From positions 22,506,001 through 22,570,000 of the forward strand of contig CATNEN010000038.1 in the NCBI GenBank assembly GCA_950097015.1: a stretch of 64,000 nucleotides of DNA, given 5' to 3'. A program made the translations under genes and the position numbers. Below, one piece after another: positions 11,684 through 26,300 of the stretch (its first letter is position 1; each line of letters starts with the position of its first letter). A model generated the notes under the pieces. The model ran no database searches and was not told the DNA's origin. It saw only the letters and a program-made list of their open reading frames with translations. The DNA is from Macrostomum hystrix (taxonomy: Eukaryota; Animalia; Platyhelminthes).

Positions 11684-14338
11684 TGTGCCAGCTTTTTTAT
11701 TGTAGTGTCCAGCGCCAGCACCAAGTTCAACATCTTGTGCCGCGGCGGCTTCAACTGACGGGCCGAGTGCTATTTCTCATAGCCTGTTCAGGTCGCGAGG
11801 CTCACACCTGGAGATAACAAACTTCTGTTTCTAAGTATATTTTTAAAGCATTGAAATATTTTTCTCTGACTAACAAGCAGGCAGTAAGACAGTCAGTCAG
11901 TGAAAAAAATTTTTAATTCAATAAAATTTTTACTGATTTCTTAGTATTCGAAGCTTAATAGTTTTCGTTGGAGTTTAATTTGTGACTAGATTGAAGGTGT
12001 GCCACCTTAGCAGGTCGAAGTGCATTAATTGCTCAATATTTCGAAATTATTTTTTACTTCTGATCATGTCACCCAATAAAATGAACAAAAAACTTAATAA
12101 ATATTCATTAGCGGCCTTTGTACTGAGGATACTCACTGAAGCACTTTAATAGAGCAGACTACTGCATCATTGACTCCTGTATCAAAATCTTGATGAGCGC
12201 TAATATCTCCTTGACTGACTGACAGCCGAATGTGGGATCCACATATGGAGGGAGAGGCTGAATTTTTGTTTTTATTAGGGAACAAAATAAACAAAATTAA
12301 AACAGCGGGAGGGAGCGCGGAGAATCGGAGAGTGAGAGAGACAGTATGAGATCTATCTACCTATTTATCAATGCCCATCTGTCAAAAAACGTAAAACATA
12401 ATTAAAGGAAAGATTTATCCAAACAGCACTTGTTTTGTACATGCAACAACACGAATGGGCAGACACACACATGAGCGGTGCCATCAAGCCACGTTACTAT
12501 ATATATTATGTTGTGTTACTTCAGTACGTAGGGTATAATTAATGGGACTGATAACATCTGTTATTTCCTAAGCAACGTATCTTTAAAATGCATATAATAA
12601 ATCTACTAATTTTACGTTGCGAGAATGTACTAATGTACCAGCGATTATTGACACTTTCATATAGTACAAAATTAGGATTGATGATGACAGACTGAAATGC
12701 ATTGCACTTTAAAAAGTACTCGCCCACTTCAAAGTACGCACTTTAAATGAATACCAGAGTACTCTATTGCTACGCCCTTAAAGAGTACCAGAGTACGAGT
12801 ACTTAAGAGTGCTCAAAGAGTACACTGTGAAAACACTGCCTTAAACAGAAACTGGGTTCGAGGAACGAAGACAAGTACTTTACTTTTAATTAACAAAAAA
12901 TATATAAAAGCAGCGAGATGAAGCCCGGTTTAGCAGTCAGCTGCAGCAGCAGCTACTGGACTTCCCGACCAGCCCCCTCTCAATATTGTTAGCGATCGTA
13001 GCAGCCGCCCCTTGGTTTGGGTTGCAAAAATCACTCGCCACGCTAGCAGTAGCCGCCCCTTTGTTGCAAAAGCAAGTGCCTCCGCCTCTGCCACATCCGC
13101 GATCACTGCCACCGCTGCGACCTCTGCCACTGCCACTGTAGTATTTGAGCTGTGTCTTATAGTTTTGCCGCCGATAAAAAATAATAATGTTTTGAAGCCT
13201 GAAATGTAGATATCCAGAAGCTTATTGTTTCCAATTATAGATGCAGCCCTAAACCAAATACTGTAGAAAGCAAACAGTTTTGCAACACAAAAGACCCTAA
13301 AAATGCTAAAATATTGTAAACTACTTAGATGCTAAGTTTTTTTAGTTACAGATGTCCTGTGTGACTAATTAATTATAATTTACCATTCATTAATTTTTTA
13401 TCACAAAGTTCTATTAAATAGACTTAAAAATCAAAGTGAGCCACATGAATTAACATCATATACTAAAGTCCAATAAATAATACTCATAATAGAAAATCTT
13501 GGACATTCTGTATATTTGGGTTAGGAATTCTAAAAAGAAAATCTGAACAATACAATTTATGCTATTGGTAGAAAAATACTAAATAATAATTTATATATTT
13601 AAAATTAGATTAAAAAAACTAAATATTGTTTATTAGTTATTCTACAAATGGGCTAAGTAGAATAGCTAACAATGGTAATAAATTTACAAAGTTGAAAGTG
13701 AACATGCTACCTTAATAAATTGAAAATTTCTGTAAAAAAAGTCTTATAATTAACAACATAGTTAGGTTTTAAAAACTTTTTAATACTCGGATTCTGTTCA
13801 CTGTGTCTTTATATTAAAATGAGATTTTCCAATAAATTAAGCATTTTAAATGTATATTTTAACACCCATGTGAAATCACAAGATATGCCTTTGCAGTGAA
13901 ATGCTTTGCCATTCAATACAAGTTACCCAACATTAGGTAGGGCCTAGGCCTAGGCTAATTATTTAGCTAAGTCCATAATTAGACATAGTAGCTTTAAAAA
14001 TGCAAAACAAATCAAATCAATCAATCAATATCCAAATCAATGTTGAGAGAAAAGTACTGCCATGCCTAAAACAAAAAGCATTGAGCATTTAACTAATCTC
14101 ACAGTAGTTATTGCCTAAAGGCAGTTAATTGCCAAACAGGCAAATGGTTTGTTTTGTAAGTGCTTTGCTTATAATAATTCTGCAGCCATTGCAGCCCAAA
14201 TTGCACTATAAATCGCCAAAAGGCAATTAATTGCAAAAATGCAAATGGTGCATTTCAAGAGCTTTGCTTTGGTAAAAATTTAGCAACTATCAATCAAAAA
14301 ACTGCATTATTGCATTAAACTGCTAAGAATCTTGTTTA

Positions 14339-16231
<1,893 letters not shown>

Positions 16232-17055
16232 TAATACATAAACACTTCTGCTTAATTATCTACGCCTTCTATAAGTAAATAATGTTTGAATAATAAATTA
16301 TTATTCAAATACTATACATCAGTTAGTATTTAAAAGAAAACTATAAGCTTACACTTACAATGTAAAATAGGTCTATGTAACAATTGAATTATTTACAAGT
16401 AAAACTTGTACTTGTAGCATACAATATATTGTAAAACAAGTATTTATAAGGTAGTAGAATACTTTACTAAAAATAAAGTAAAAAGCGAATATAATAGCTA
16501 CACATTAAAGGCTTGAAAAAAATTCAGATTTAGATAGTGATTGCTTGGTTAAGTTGCTTTGAAATTTTTATGTCAAATTTGCCGTACGACAAAAATTTCA
16601 TGCTACTGTTAGCATAGCCGATTTGAATTTTTTTTCTTGTTGAAACCATATGGAACAGAGCGACTAAAATGTACAATTTATTTATTTAAAAATTATTTTA
16701 ATTTAGTTTCTAAAGCAACTTATTTCTTTCTTCAATTACATTTTGTTATACAATTAATAAAATGCTTATTTTCAAAATATCCACTTAAAAAGTAAGTTCA
16801 ATAGCTTTAAAAATGCGCACGTTTTTTCACTTCACGGCTCCAAAAAGTCACCATAGAAGATTTTTGCAGGACGCAAGACTTTTTACGTTACAAAATAGCA
16901 CTTTTATGTGCATTTTTTATTCAGTGTCAAAAGGCTTTTAAGTCACCTATTTGGTATTTTTTTCTTTTAAAGATTTTTGCGAAATCAGGTCTTTTTAACT
17001 TATTACGAAACTGTGGACCCACACTTTTACGCAACGCAATGCGCATGATGTCATC

Positions 17056-18120
17056 TTAAAGCACTTGCTAAATGCTATTTATTGACACCACACTGAAGGC
17101 CTGGCGTAGCATCGTTAATAAATGGCAGCGTGAAATATAGCCAAAAAAAGCATAGTACCGGAACCTCGTAATTCGGTAAAATGTTAATAGCGTCAAAATA
17201 CGAATTTTCGCACACTAACGAAGATGGCAGTCATCTGTACGTGTTTACTGGGCACAATAGTGCTCTTGGAAGCTAAGAACCTCATAGCGAAAATAAATAT
17301 ATTTTCCGCCCTATGTAGTGCTCAAATGGGTTGTTTTTGCACAAAATCACGTTTTTCGATTTTGAGAGTCAATTATAAATTTTTTTTTCAACTGACAGAC
17401 GTGAATGTCACTTTTTCTGAGAGTAGTCATCTAGATGTTTCTAATAAGTACAAATATGGGTCATTCTTATGCTTCACCTATCCTTGGTATAGGTACAAAG
17501 TCATTATTTCATTTCCAGCAAGTCACGTGACCTGGCCTGAGGTGTACAACGCATCGTGCAATGCCAGCGAACATACACTCAAATTAAAGCACTTTTTAAA
17601 TGCTATTTATTGACACCACACTGAAGGCCTGGCGTAGCATCGTTAATAAATGGCAGCGTGAAATATAGCAAAAAAACGCATAACACCGGAACCTCGTAAT
17701 TCGGTAATTGTTATTAGCGTAAAAATACGAATTTTCGCATACTAACGAAGATAGCAGTCATCTGTACGTGTTTACTGGGCACAATACTGCTCTTGGAAGC
17801 TAAGAACCTCATAGCAAAAATCAATAAATTTTTCACCCTATGTGTGCTCAAATGGGTTGTTTTTGCACAAAATCACGTTTTTCGATTTTAAAAGTCAATT
17901 ATAACAAAATTTTGCAACTGACAGACGTGAATATCATTTTTTCTGAGAGTAGTCATCTAGGTGTTTCTAATAAGTACAAACTTTGGCTCATTCTTATGCT
18001 TCACCTATCCTTGGTATAGGTACAAAGTAATTATTTCATTTCCAGCAAGTCACGTGACCTGGCCTGAGGTGTACAACGCATCATGCAATGACAGCGAACA
18101 TACATTCAAATTAAAGTACA
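17056..18120. repeat. Tandem duplication of a ~528-bp unit (2 copies plus the start of a third)
   Basis: TTAAAGCAC...TAAATGCTATTTATTGACACCACACTGAAGGCCTGGCG recurs at 17056 and 17584; a degenerate restart at 18111. Confidence 0.9.
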
Positions 18121-18936
18121 TCTAAAATGTAGTTCAATGACACCAAGCGCGTCGCGCTCCGGTAATCCGCTCAAAAGTTACAGGCTAAAAAGTATGTTCG
18201 ATATGCAAGCCCCCCGTACCGTCGTTAAAGTACATTTCTGTACCGGCAGCGACTTCAATAAACTAAGACGAAATTTCAAGATATACATCTTGTGCGCAAT
18301 TTAGTTGTGCACCTTGCCTAAAAAGTCTGATTTTCCTAGCATGTCGTGGTTTCTTATTTTTTGTACATTTGTATCATGAAAAATGCATAAAAATAGCCTA
18401 AATCACGTTTATCGACTTTAGCAGTGTATGGCTCAGAGTCAGTGCAACGAAACGGCTCAAAATGTATTATAAACATGTAGATCTTACCTAAATGACCGCA
18501 TTTATGTACTTTTTAGAGTCTTGCAACAAGGTTGAATTTCCTTTATTTCGGTTCGAATACCTACCCGTCGAATATTCGAATGTAATTAACAGGTGCGAAT
18601 GTACAGTTAAAGTGAGTATCTTGGTTAAAGTCGTGCGTCATGTAAGAGTCCCAGGTGCCATCGTTAGAATGACGCAGCTCAAAGGTCGCGCTGACGCGCG
18701 ACCTTTGAGCTGCGTCAGTTGAAAGTTGATAAAAATGCGCATTTTTTGACACTTAAAAAACACACTTTTACAGAATTACCTATCAAGGTAAGCATTTAGC
18801 GGAAAATAACCAATCAGTGTCTTGAAGGTCTGAAAATTCGCCAAAAGTTGGGTTCAATCAATTTTTGACTCCATATTGTGAATCCTTATTTTTTGAGATT
18901 CAAGATTTGGACGGGTCTAAAAAAAGTCACTTTTTT

Positions 18937-18971
18937 GTTGCCATGGCAACCAAGACGCGTTGCTATGGAAC
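18937..18971. promoter_or_regulatory. Two RFX X-box-like motifs inside repeat DNA
   Basis: GTTGCCATGGCAAC (perfect palindrome) and GTTGCTATGGAAC. Confidence 0.4.
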
Positions 18972-19130
18972 TTTCAAGTCGCTCATCTTGTAGCCCTAAA
19001 TGTTTTACGTCCATTGAGGGGTCACACATGGTTTCATCTCAAGTGGTTTTAATTCTGCATCAATTTTATTTTCTAAAACGTTGATTTTACGTTGGTGGAG
19101 TCTCAAGCACATCTTATCTCGGTCTCGTTT

Positions 19131-19222
19131 GTCCGAAAAAATTGCCAACGAGGAGCTACGCTCGCTTCGCTCGCTTCGCTCCTCGTTGGCAATTTTTCCG
19201 GACTGCACTTCGACCTAACTAG
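19131..19222 (+). mobile_element. Helitron-like 3' terminus (long hairpin followed by CTAG|T); 5' end unresolved
   Basis: AAAAATTGCCAACGAGGAGC...GCTCCTCGTTGGCAATTTTT stem, then CTAG ending at 19222. Homology to the copy A flank resumes at the next base (paralog site CAA|TTGTGAGCTTGAC). Confidence 0.7.
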
Positions 19223-19281
19223 TTGTGAGCTTGACTTAGTTCTGTCGGTTCTCAAACTCTCGATAGCTGCAATCGATGATT

Positions 19282-20460
19282 TCAAGGTGATCCGGACACC
19301 ATGCACTCGTAAGACTTCATTGAATAGTAGTGCGTCAGCGGGTAGACTGCAGCTTCGCTTTGGAATGTCAATCCACTGGCCCACAATGAGCCAGTGAGGT
19401 TCAGGGCAGTCGGAGGTGTGTAGTACCTGCCGTTCGGATTAAAACAATGGCAGCTGGCGTACCACCACGAGCCTTTAAAAGTGATTGCGCAATTATTCGG
19501 TGAGGTGTCCTGATCCTTATCAGGTGTGCTGAACGAAACATTGTTCATGTACGAGATATGATTGCGAGGGACGGTAACAACGTTCGAGTTGGCGGTGTCC
19601 TGCTCTCCGACGCTCACTCGGTATCCCTGGTCGACGCCCTGCACTGAGAAGTACGTGTCCTCCCACCAGTAGCGAGTGCCGTTCCAGTCGCTCATCTCCC
19701 ACCTCACTCGCCTGTCGCCGGCCCGAGTCAGCAGGTGAATCGCCTCCAGACCCATCCAGTAGTTTCTGTCCTCTCCCTGACCGAATTCAGTCAGGTAGTC
19801 AGTCCAGTTGCGGTAGAAATCCACCGAGCCGTCCACTCGGTGCTGGAAGGTTCGCCAGCAAGTGCGTCCGAGCTCATCGAGACGCCTCACCTGCAGTTTG
19901 AGCGTAGCTAGGCCTTCAAATCATTCGGTAAATCCGTTACATATTGGGAGAGAGCATTTGCTGTGAGCTGGGCTTAGTTACAGAGCAGTATCTGGGGTTG
20001 GGATTTGCCCTTTCGGGCTTCCCCGTCAAGACTTCGCTTCGGCAAGGCGACGCTGAAGGCGCCGTTGCAGCTCATACAGCTGCGATGTATTTTCACTGCG
20101 GCAGGGAATGGGGGTAGTGCATGGACACAATCACAGGCAAAAGCTTGGTCATGTAGTTACCAGCAGCAGAGGCAGGCTTGAGTTCCTGGCATTGCGGCAC
20201 TTCCTGCAGCCACTTCGCCCCAGCTGGCAGCTGTACAGACGGCAGGTGCCGAGCTCGCCAGAACTGAACCGGACCGCCTGATGTCGCGACTCAGCCAAGA
20301 TCGCGCACTCCGAGTCGCTTCTAACATTGTTGACAACGGCATCGAGCTGGTACTCACTCAGGTCGTCCCTCTGCTCGGCCCAATGGCTCTGAGCATCGGC
20401 TGCTTGGTGACAGCCGAGGCACAGAAGAAGCAGCGTCACGAGAAGAGAAAATTCTCTCAT
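19282..20460 (-). CDS. Secreted fibrinogen-related domain (ficolin/FREP-like) protein, copy B; exons 20460-20161 and 19890-19282; ~302 aa
   Basis: Signal peptide MREFSLLVTLLLLCLGC, a Cys-containing N-terminal segment, and a phase-0 intron into the FReD; open throughout. Confidence 0.88.
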
Positions 20461-21450
20461 TTTCCACAGGGATAGGTCGTCTTACGACTCTGTGAATTCC
20501 TGACAAGAGCTACCGGTATATTGAAGGTAGAAAAATGCTGCAATTGCCTCCTACTTATGAGTCTCTGTTTTGCTAGCTCGTGCTACACAGACAACAATTG
20601 TTGCCATGAAGTTTCCGCTACCTCCGCTCTGGCAGAAATGTGTTTGTTAATTATTTACAAATTGGCTGAAGGAACGATGGGGAGGAGATGTTGAGCCGGT
20701 GGCCCTCTTCTGGCAACAAGTTTCTGCGTTCTGCTTCAGAAAAACAAAAGTTCTCTATTCTGAAACTTGGATGTGCCGGGCAAGAGTGGCTAGCAAGTAT
20801 AGCCCTACCATGTTTAGAATTTTCAAATGCAATACATTTTGGTTGGTTACTGCAAGGTGAGCCTCTCCGTTTTCGTCGCGCAACTAGCTTTCATACCGAT
20901 AGAATCCGCATACCCCAGTTAAGGATTCGTCTTACAACAGTGGTTTTAGTTTCAGTTCTAATATTTGATGGTCGTTTAGGCAAAGGTTTTCATTTTGAAT
21001 GTACAGTGACTACTTATTGCGCCTTAAGTGGTTCAGTGCTTGAAAATTAAAAAAATCCGAATTGTACAATATGAATGCGTTTAAAAAAGTTAAACACAGA
21101 AGAACATGCTCAGCGGCGCATCAGTCAGAGTAAAAAGAATCAATTAAATCAAATCAAATAACGTCGTGCCATTTCAATTCAGTTTTTTTTGTTTTAAAAT
21201 TTTCTTTATCAAAACAAAATTAAATTCGGTCCAGAAAAATCTAGCTTGATAACTAAGTCGTGCAAACTACTTAAAAAAGTCTAACAGTAGCAAAAAATCT
21301 ATGATCACGAGGCTCCTACTTCCACCACAGCGCAAGAATCGTCAGTTGTCATAGCCATTTGGTGCGGCCAAGAATCACCAAAACTGTCATTAAAATATGG
21401 ATGAACTGTTTTTATTACCAACTGGCTGTTCGAGTCATCTGACAAGCTGC

Positions 21451-23202
21451 TTAGTTGCCAGTCAGGGATGCAGCAGCCAGAGCTGCAGCGGCCTCGTTTA
21501 ATTCCCAATCGCTGCCGCTGACAGAATTAGCAGCGGCGCAGCCGATGTCATTATCGCAGCTGGCCAGACGCCGGCCGAACTCGCCTAGCTGCAGTCGAAG
21601 GCGATCGCAGCGGCGTTCCAGCAAGCGAGTCTCGCGAGCCAGCTCCTCGCGTGCTTGGCGACGACGTAGGCGAAGCTCGCGTCGCGCACGCGCTAGTGCC
21701 GCTTCCGTCTCCGGCTTGGCCTGGTGTCGTCGATGACTGCACGTGGAACATCGCCGCTTTTCTTGAGCGTCAGCAGCCACAGCTGCAACAACAGCATTTG
21801 CAGCTGTGTTAGCTAGTTCAGCTTGCTGGCGGCAGTCACTGACTTGACGCTCGAGATTCCGCTGAGCCAGCCGGCTGTCGGCTCGAAGGTCGTCCAACTG
21901 GCGCTCCAGGCGGTAGAGCTCGGCGCGGGACAGAGCGGACGAATCGTGATGTTTTCGAATGCTGCTTTGATTGCAACGGTGCCGTCCGACTTGGCGCTTA
22001 ACCGATAGTGGCGATGCGACATAAAGAATTTTGTCCTCATCTGCTGCATCTTCCATGGCGTCCACGCTGACTGCCTCGTGACCATCTGAGCGCAGACGCT
22101 CTTTAATGAGTCGCAGTGGCGCCTGCAGCTCGAGTTGAACACGGCGAAAATTTTGCAAAGCTTGATCGTCTAGTCCAGCTGATGCTTGGTGATGCTTAGT
22201 TGATGCTGAGGCCACTCCAAACAGGCGCGCTTTTGTAGCAGTGGTGACGTCGGCTTCACGAAACGCTGAAGCAATCGCGTGCTGCTTCTTGGTATCATTA
22301 GCATCGCGCCGCTCTGTTTCTGTTTTGCAGTTTTCTACACATTTTCTCGTGTTTTCCAGACTGATCGATTGATGTTGCCGTTGCTTATTCAGATGTTGAT
22401 GAAGACTATGGTGCCCAAAACGCTCTCTGCTGTTCCCGCCAGCTTTGTCGAGGCCGTCGGCCCAGTTGTTGGCACGTCGGAGCGGCTGTTTTGGCGGCTG
22501 GTCTCCACTTGTCACGTGTTCTGGTGGAGATGGTCGTGAAACAGCTGACGGTTCTCCACGCGGCGTGCTCTGCTCGCGGCCTGAGGTACAGTGTTGCTTA
22601 TCAAATGATGACTGACAGGAGTGTTTCAGCTGCCAGTCAATCACCTTTCTGTTGGCAATTGTCTGAACTACGCCAATCGCATTATTGGCGTGGCTACGCC
22701 GAATCAGAAGTTCCTCCGCGGTTGGAGGAGGCGGCAGTGGCGGTGGCTGCGGTAGCTTGACAAATGGCCTCTGATGCTGCGGCACAGGGGGCGGCGGTGG
22801 CATTGGTGGTGATGGCAGCGGTGACAAATGCGCCGGTTGCTGTTGCTCGCTGTCAAACTCGTCGTTGACATCTTCTCCGTTGCCGTCACTAGGAAACGAT
22901 CTTATCCAGCTGCCATCAGCACGCATCGGGGTTCTCGGAGCGCTGGCCTTGCGCTGATTGGGAAAGCGCAGCAGGCCATCGTCTGAGTCGGGCACTGCGG
23001 CCCCGACACGACGAATTGTTGAATTACAGGACGAAGCGCCGGCTCCATTGGCTAGCAGCAGAAGGTGCAAAGGTCGCTCCGGCGAGTTGACGTTGATTGG
23101 AGGAATTTGCTGGAGGTTCAACTGGGCACGATGCATCTTCAGTTGGTGTCTCTGAAGTTCTTGGTGATGTCTGTGACATCTGGGATCGCCTTGAAGCCAC
23201 AT
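21451..23202 (-). CDS. Uncharacterised 583-aa protein with a Pro-rich region and C-terminal coiled coil
   Basis: Long GC-rich ORF; in-frame TAA directly before the ATG; acceptor at ~23228 and donor at ~23725 suggest a 5' UTR intron. Confidence 0.7.
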   Translation of the reverse strand: MWLQGDPRCHRHHQELQRHQLKMHRAQLNLQQIPPINVNSPERPLHLLLLANGAGASSCNSTIRRVGAAVPDSDDGLLRFPNQRKASAPRTPMRADGSWIRSFPSDGNGEDVNDEFDSEQQQPAHLSPLPSPPMPPPPPVPQHQRPFVKLPQPPPLPPPPTAEELLIRRSHANNAIGVVQTIANRKVIDWQLKHSCQSSFDKQHCTSGREQSTPRGEPSAVSRPSPPEHVTSGDQPPKQPLRRANNWADGLDKAGGNSRERFGHHSLHQHLNKQRQHQSISLENTRKCVENCKTETERRDANDTKKQHAIASAFREADVTTATKARLFGVASASTKHHQASAGLDDQALQNFRRVQLELQAPLRLIKERLRSDGHEAVSVDAMEDAADEDKILYVASPLSVKRQVGRHRCNQSSIRKHHDSSALSRAELYRLERQLDDLRADSRLAQRNLERQVSDCRQQAELANTAANAVVAAVAADAQEKRRCSTCSHRRHQAKPETEAALARARRELRLRRRQAREELARETRLLERRCDRLRLQLGEFGRRLASCDNDIGCAAANSVSGSDWELNEAAAALAAASLTGN

Positions 23203-25151
23203 TTAACGGTGCGTCTGTTTACCTCACCTGATAATTAAAATGAAATGTTAAACTAAATTTTGCGTCTGGTTCTTAGGCATGATTGATTATAAACGTGCAT
23301 TAAAATTAAAAAGACAACGATATTTTTCCCGTGGGGAAAGACCAAAGCCGTCAGCATCGTAGAGATATGCATGCAGCGATTCTAGTCGAAGACCCCCGTG
23401 ACAAGAACAAGTATCATTGCTCTGCGTAGATAAATTTCTATATGGCAAATGTTTATCGGTTAAAAACGAAAATATGAGCAATTTTATCAATCCAGAATAG
23501 TCAGCAATGATAGCCGACATTATTAAATTATAAAATTTTGTGAGCAGAAATAATATGCCTATATTGGTGGTTTCGCCAGCAGACACACCCCGACAATAAT
23601 CGTTGAATATCTCGACGATGTCCATTGTTTGTGGTTATAAATGTAAATGTTGTAAATATGTTGTAAATGTTAAATGTTGACATAACGAACAGTTGTTGCC
23701 ATGTTTATTTGCTCGTTAGCTTACCTTCAAATCATAAGCTGTCGCTAAGGTGCAGACCCAGACTTCGGTTTTTTCTTGAGAGCAAAATAATTAACCGCGG
23801 AAGTGTAAATCTCTCAGCTCATTTTTAAGGTAGTTTTTTAAAGTAACGCTTAAATTCCTGCTTTACATCATCTACTCCTACAAGAGTACATCATTTAGTA
23901 TGTACTGTGTTCACTCGACTATGTACATGCTGCACAGGCGCAGATGAAACGTTCATCCAACATCGGTTGTCTCTGATTGGCTCAGTTTGATAAGCCTGGC
24001 TTTCTCAGCCAACGAAACCTCAAGCATCGTCAAAAATAATGGGCAGCGGGCTGGGGGGGTTGGGGTTGGTGGTCTGGGCCGGGGTTTGAAGGTGTGAAGT
24101 TTTTGCCTTCTCTGAACTTAAAGCTTCCTCACTTCCGTTCTTTAATGATTTAGAGCGTTTAGTGCGCCGTTGTTTATCTTATTTTTTACTTTCTCGTTAT
24201 CTCTTGATATAGTGTTTTATCGTTTTATAGATATTTATAGGGTTCTTTAGTTTTAAATAATAACAACATGCAGAGACACTTAGAATTGCTAGCATTTGCA
24301 CTAACTAACTTACTGAAACGATGAATTTAAGTTTATTAGTATTAAAAATTAAAAGCAACGAATAGGCAGACACAATCAGAAGCAAAAGAACAGAAAATAT
24401 ATAATCGATAGTCAAATCTATACTATTTTGATATACTTAACTTGATGAAATGAGTGGCGCTTTACTTTGAATAAAAATTTAGAGTTATTTTACAATTTGT
24501 ATTGTTTGTTTTAAAAAACGGACATACACGAGCTAATGGGCTTCAAGGCTTGCAAAGACTTTTAAATCATTACATAAACATGAAAGACACTATAACCGCA
24601 TTGGATTAACTGGGTTTCATTAATCATTAAGAAAATAATAACTCAATTGAGATTATAACAAGATTGGTTGCTAGAATACACACTGTACCAATATAGAGGA
24701 CTAGGATTTAAAAGCGAACATATGATAGTCTCGAAGACAACAATTCAGATATAGGATTAGTGCTAGTGGCCTTCCATTCATTGGCCTCGATATTGTCGAA
24801 TTAGACCCCACCTGCCTGTCCACCGCATTGTACGACGCGTATAAGCCGGAAGTTGGGCTAGCTGTTGCTGGGCGGTGTAATTAGAGCTGACTGGCCGGGG
24901 AATTAATCGTTCGGTTGGCTAAAATAATCAAACAAATTGTGTGCTATCAGATTACAAAGCGGCTTTGCTAGCTAAAACAATCGGAATAATGTTTATTGGA
25001 CGAGGAAAGTCACGTGCTTCAATTTGAGAGGGTGTCAAATTAGGGGTTTTCCCCAAGTTTTTTTTCTAAAAATAGCCGCATCTGAAGAACCTCTCTTGGC
25101 TGGATCCTAATCTCACAACTTAGTCGGGAGTCTTTGAATTAGTTACCTTTG

Positions 25152-25432
25152 TCTGAGGTTGACTGAGGGGTTGTTAGAGCGTCGTACTCACAACTTGAAG
25201 GTCGGGGGTTCGATTACCCACTACTCTGGAACAATTTGTATCGTTCTACAAGACTCTTAACCCTGCAAGTACACCAAGCTGACAACTGTTAAATGGGTAC
25301 CAGAATCATCTGGTAATTGACAGTTGGCATGGCGTCTCCCAGTCCATGGACTGAATAGCCGTACGCAGCTGCCCAATAACTGTGGCTGTGCAATCGGCAA
25401 CACATCTGACCCAAATAGGGCAGGTGTAACCA
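25152..25432 (+). mobile_element. tRNA-headed SINE (family B), near full length
   Basis: B box GGTTCGATTA, CORE-like CAAGACTCTTAACCCTG...AAATGGGTAC, and a 3' domain shared with 1510-1600 and 42560-42590. Confidence 0.65.
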
Positions 25433-25763
25433 ATTATATTCTGAGGTCGCCAACAAGGATCCTAAAAAACGTCAGTTCTAGGCAATTAAATGAAGATCAG
25501 TTCTAGCCCTGATCCAACAGTTAAACAACATGGCAATAAACGTAGTTAATAAACTACCAAGCAATTTTTTAAAGAACACATAGTTCTGAAAATGGTGAAA
25601 CCGAATCCGTGCAAAAAGTGCTTTATTAACTAAGTGCCTAAGTGCCACTAAAAGTGCAATCAATCAATCAATAGTGCATGTGTACTTGTGAGACTACGAA
25701 AGATGTTTACAAATTGCGCAATTTTTACAAAACAGTCCTTGGACTACAATAGAACTCCTTGAA

Positions 25764-25951
25764 CGGTGAGAGGCAGAGCGGTCTTACGCGTCGGCATCTC
25801 GTGCCAAGGTCCTAAGCTCGATTCTACGGCGAGGCCACAGTCAAGAGTGCACACTGCTTGACGATGGGAATTCAAAGCAGATGTACAGACCTGTGTGCTC
25901 AGAAGTCAGCGGAATGGGCGGAATTGCCCATCGGGTCTACTGTCACCAGAT
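25764..25951 (+). mobile_element. SINE family A, internally deleted copy
   Basis: GGCAGAGCGGTCTTACGC...CCAAGGTCC..GCTCGATTC..CGGCGAGGCCAC. Confidence 0.72.
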
Positions 25952-26300
25952 TTTCAACAAACAGCACTGCTACCATTAAAGTGTTGAGGATGCTTAGCAA
26001 CTGCAATCGCAGCCATTGTGATTAGAAGAAAACGGTAAAATCTAGCAAAACATGAGCACACAAATTGAGCATTTAAAAAATCTACGCGCTTTTCTTACAC
26101 AGAAAAAGTAGACTAATTTACTGTGGCAGTATCCTATTATTGTGCCGCTCTCTCAGTTGTGGCAACTGAAAAAAGTTGTGACCTTCATTGAAAGCATTTA
26201 TACATACGGATCTACCACATTGCTTAAGCCCGTTATGTCAATAATACAGGACTATTGAAAACTTATAATAGTTACAATAGTTAGTAATTAAAATACTCAC

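Noticed and set aside
19935-20095. Extra middle exon in the FReD genes
   Set aside because: Stops in the usable frames, partly deleted in copy A, and exon 1 joins the FReD exon directly in phase 0
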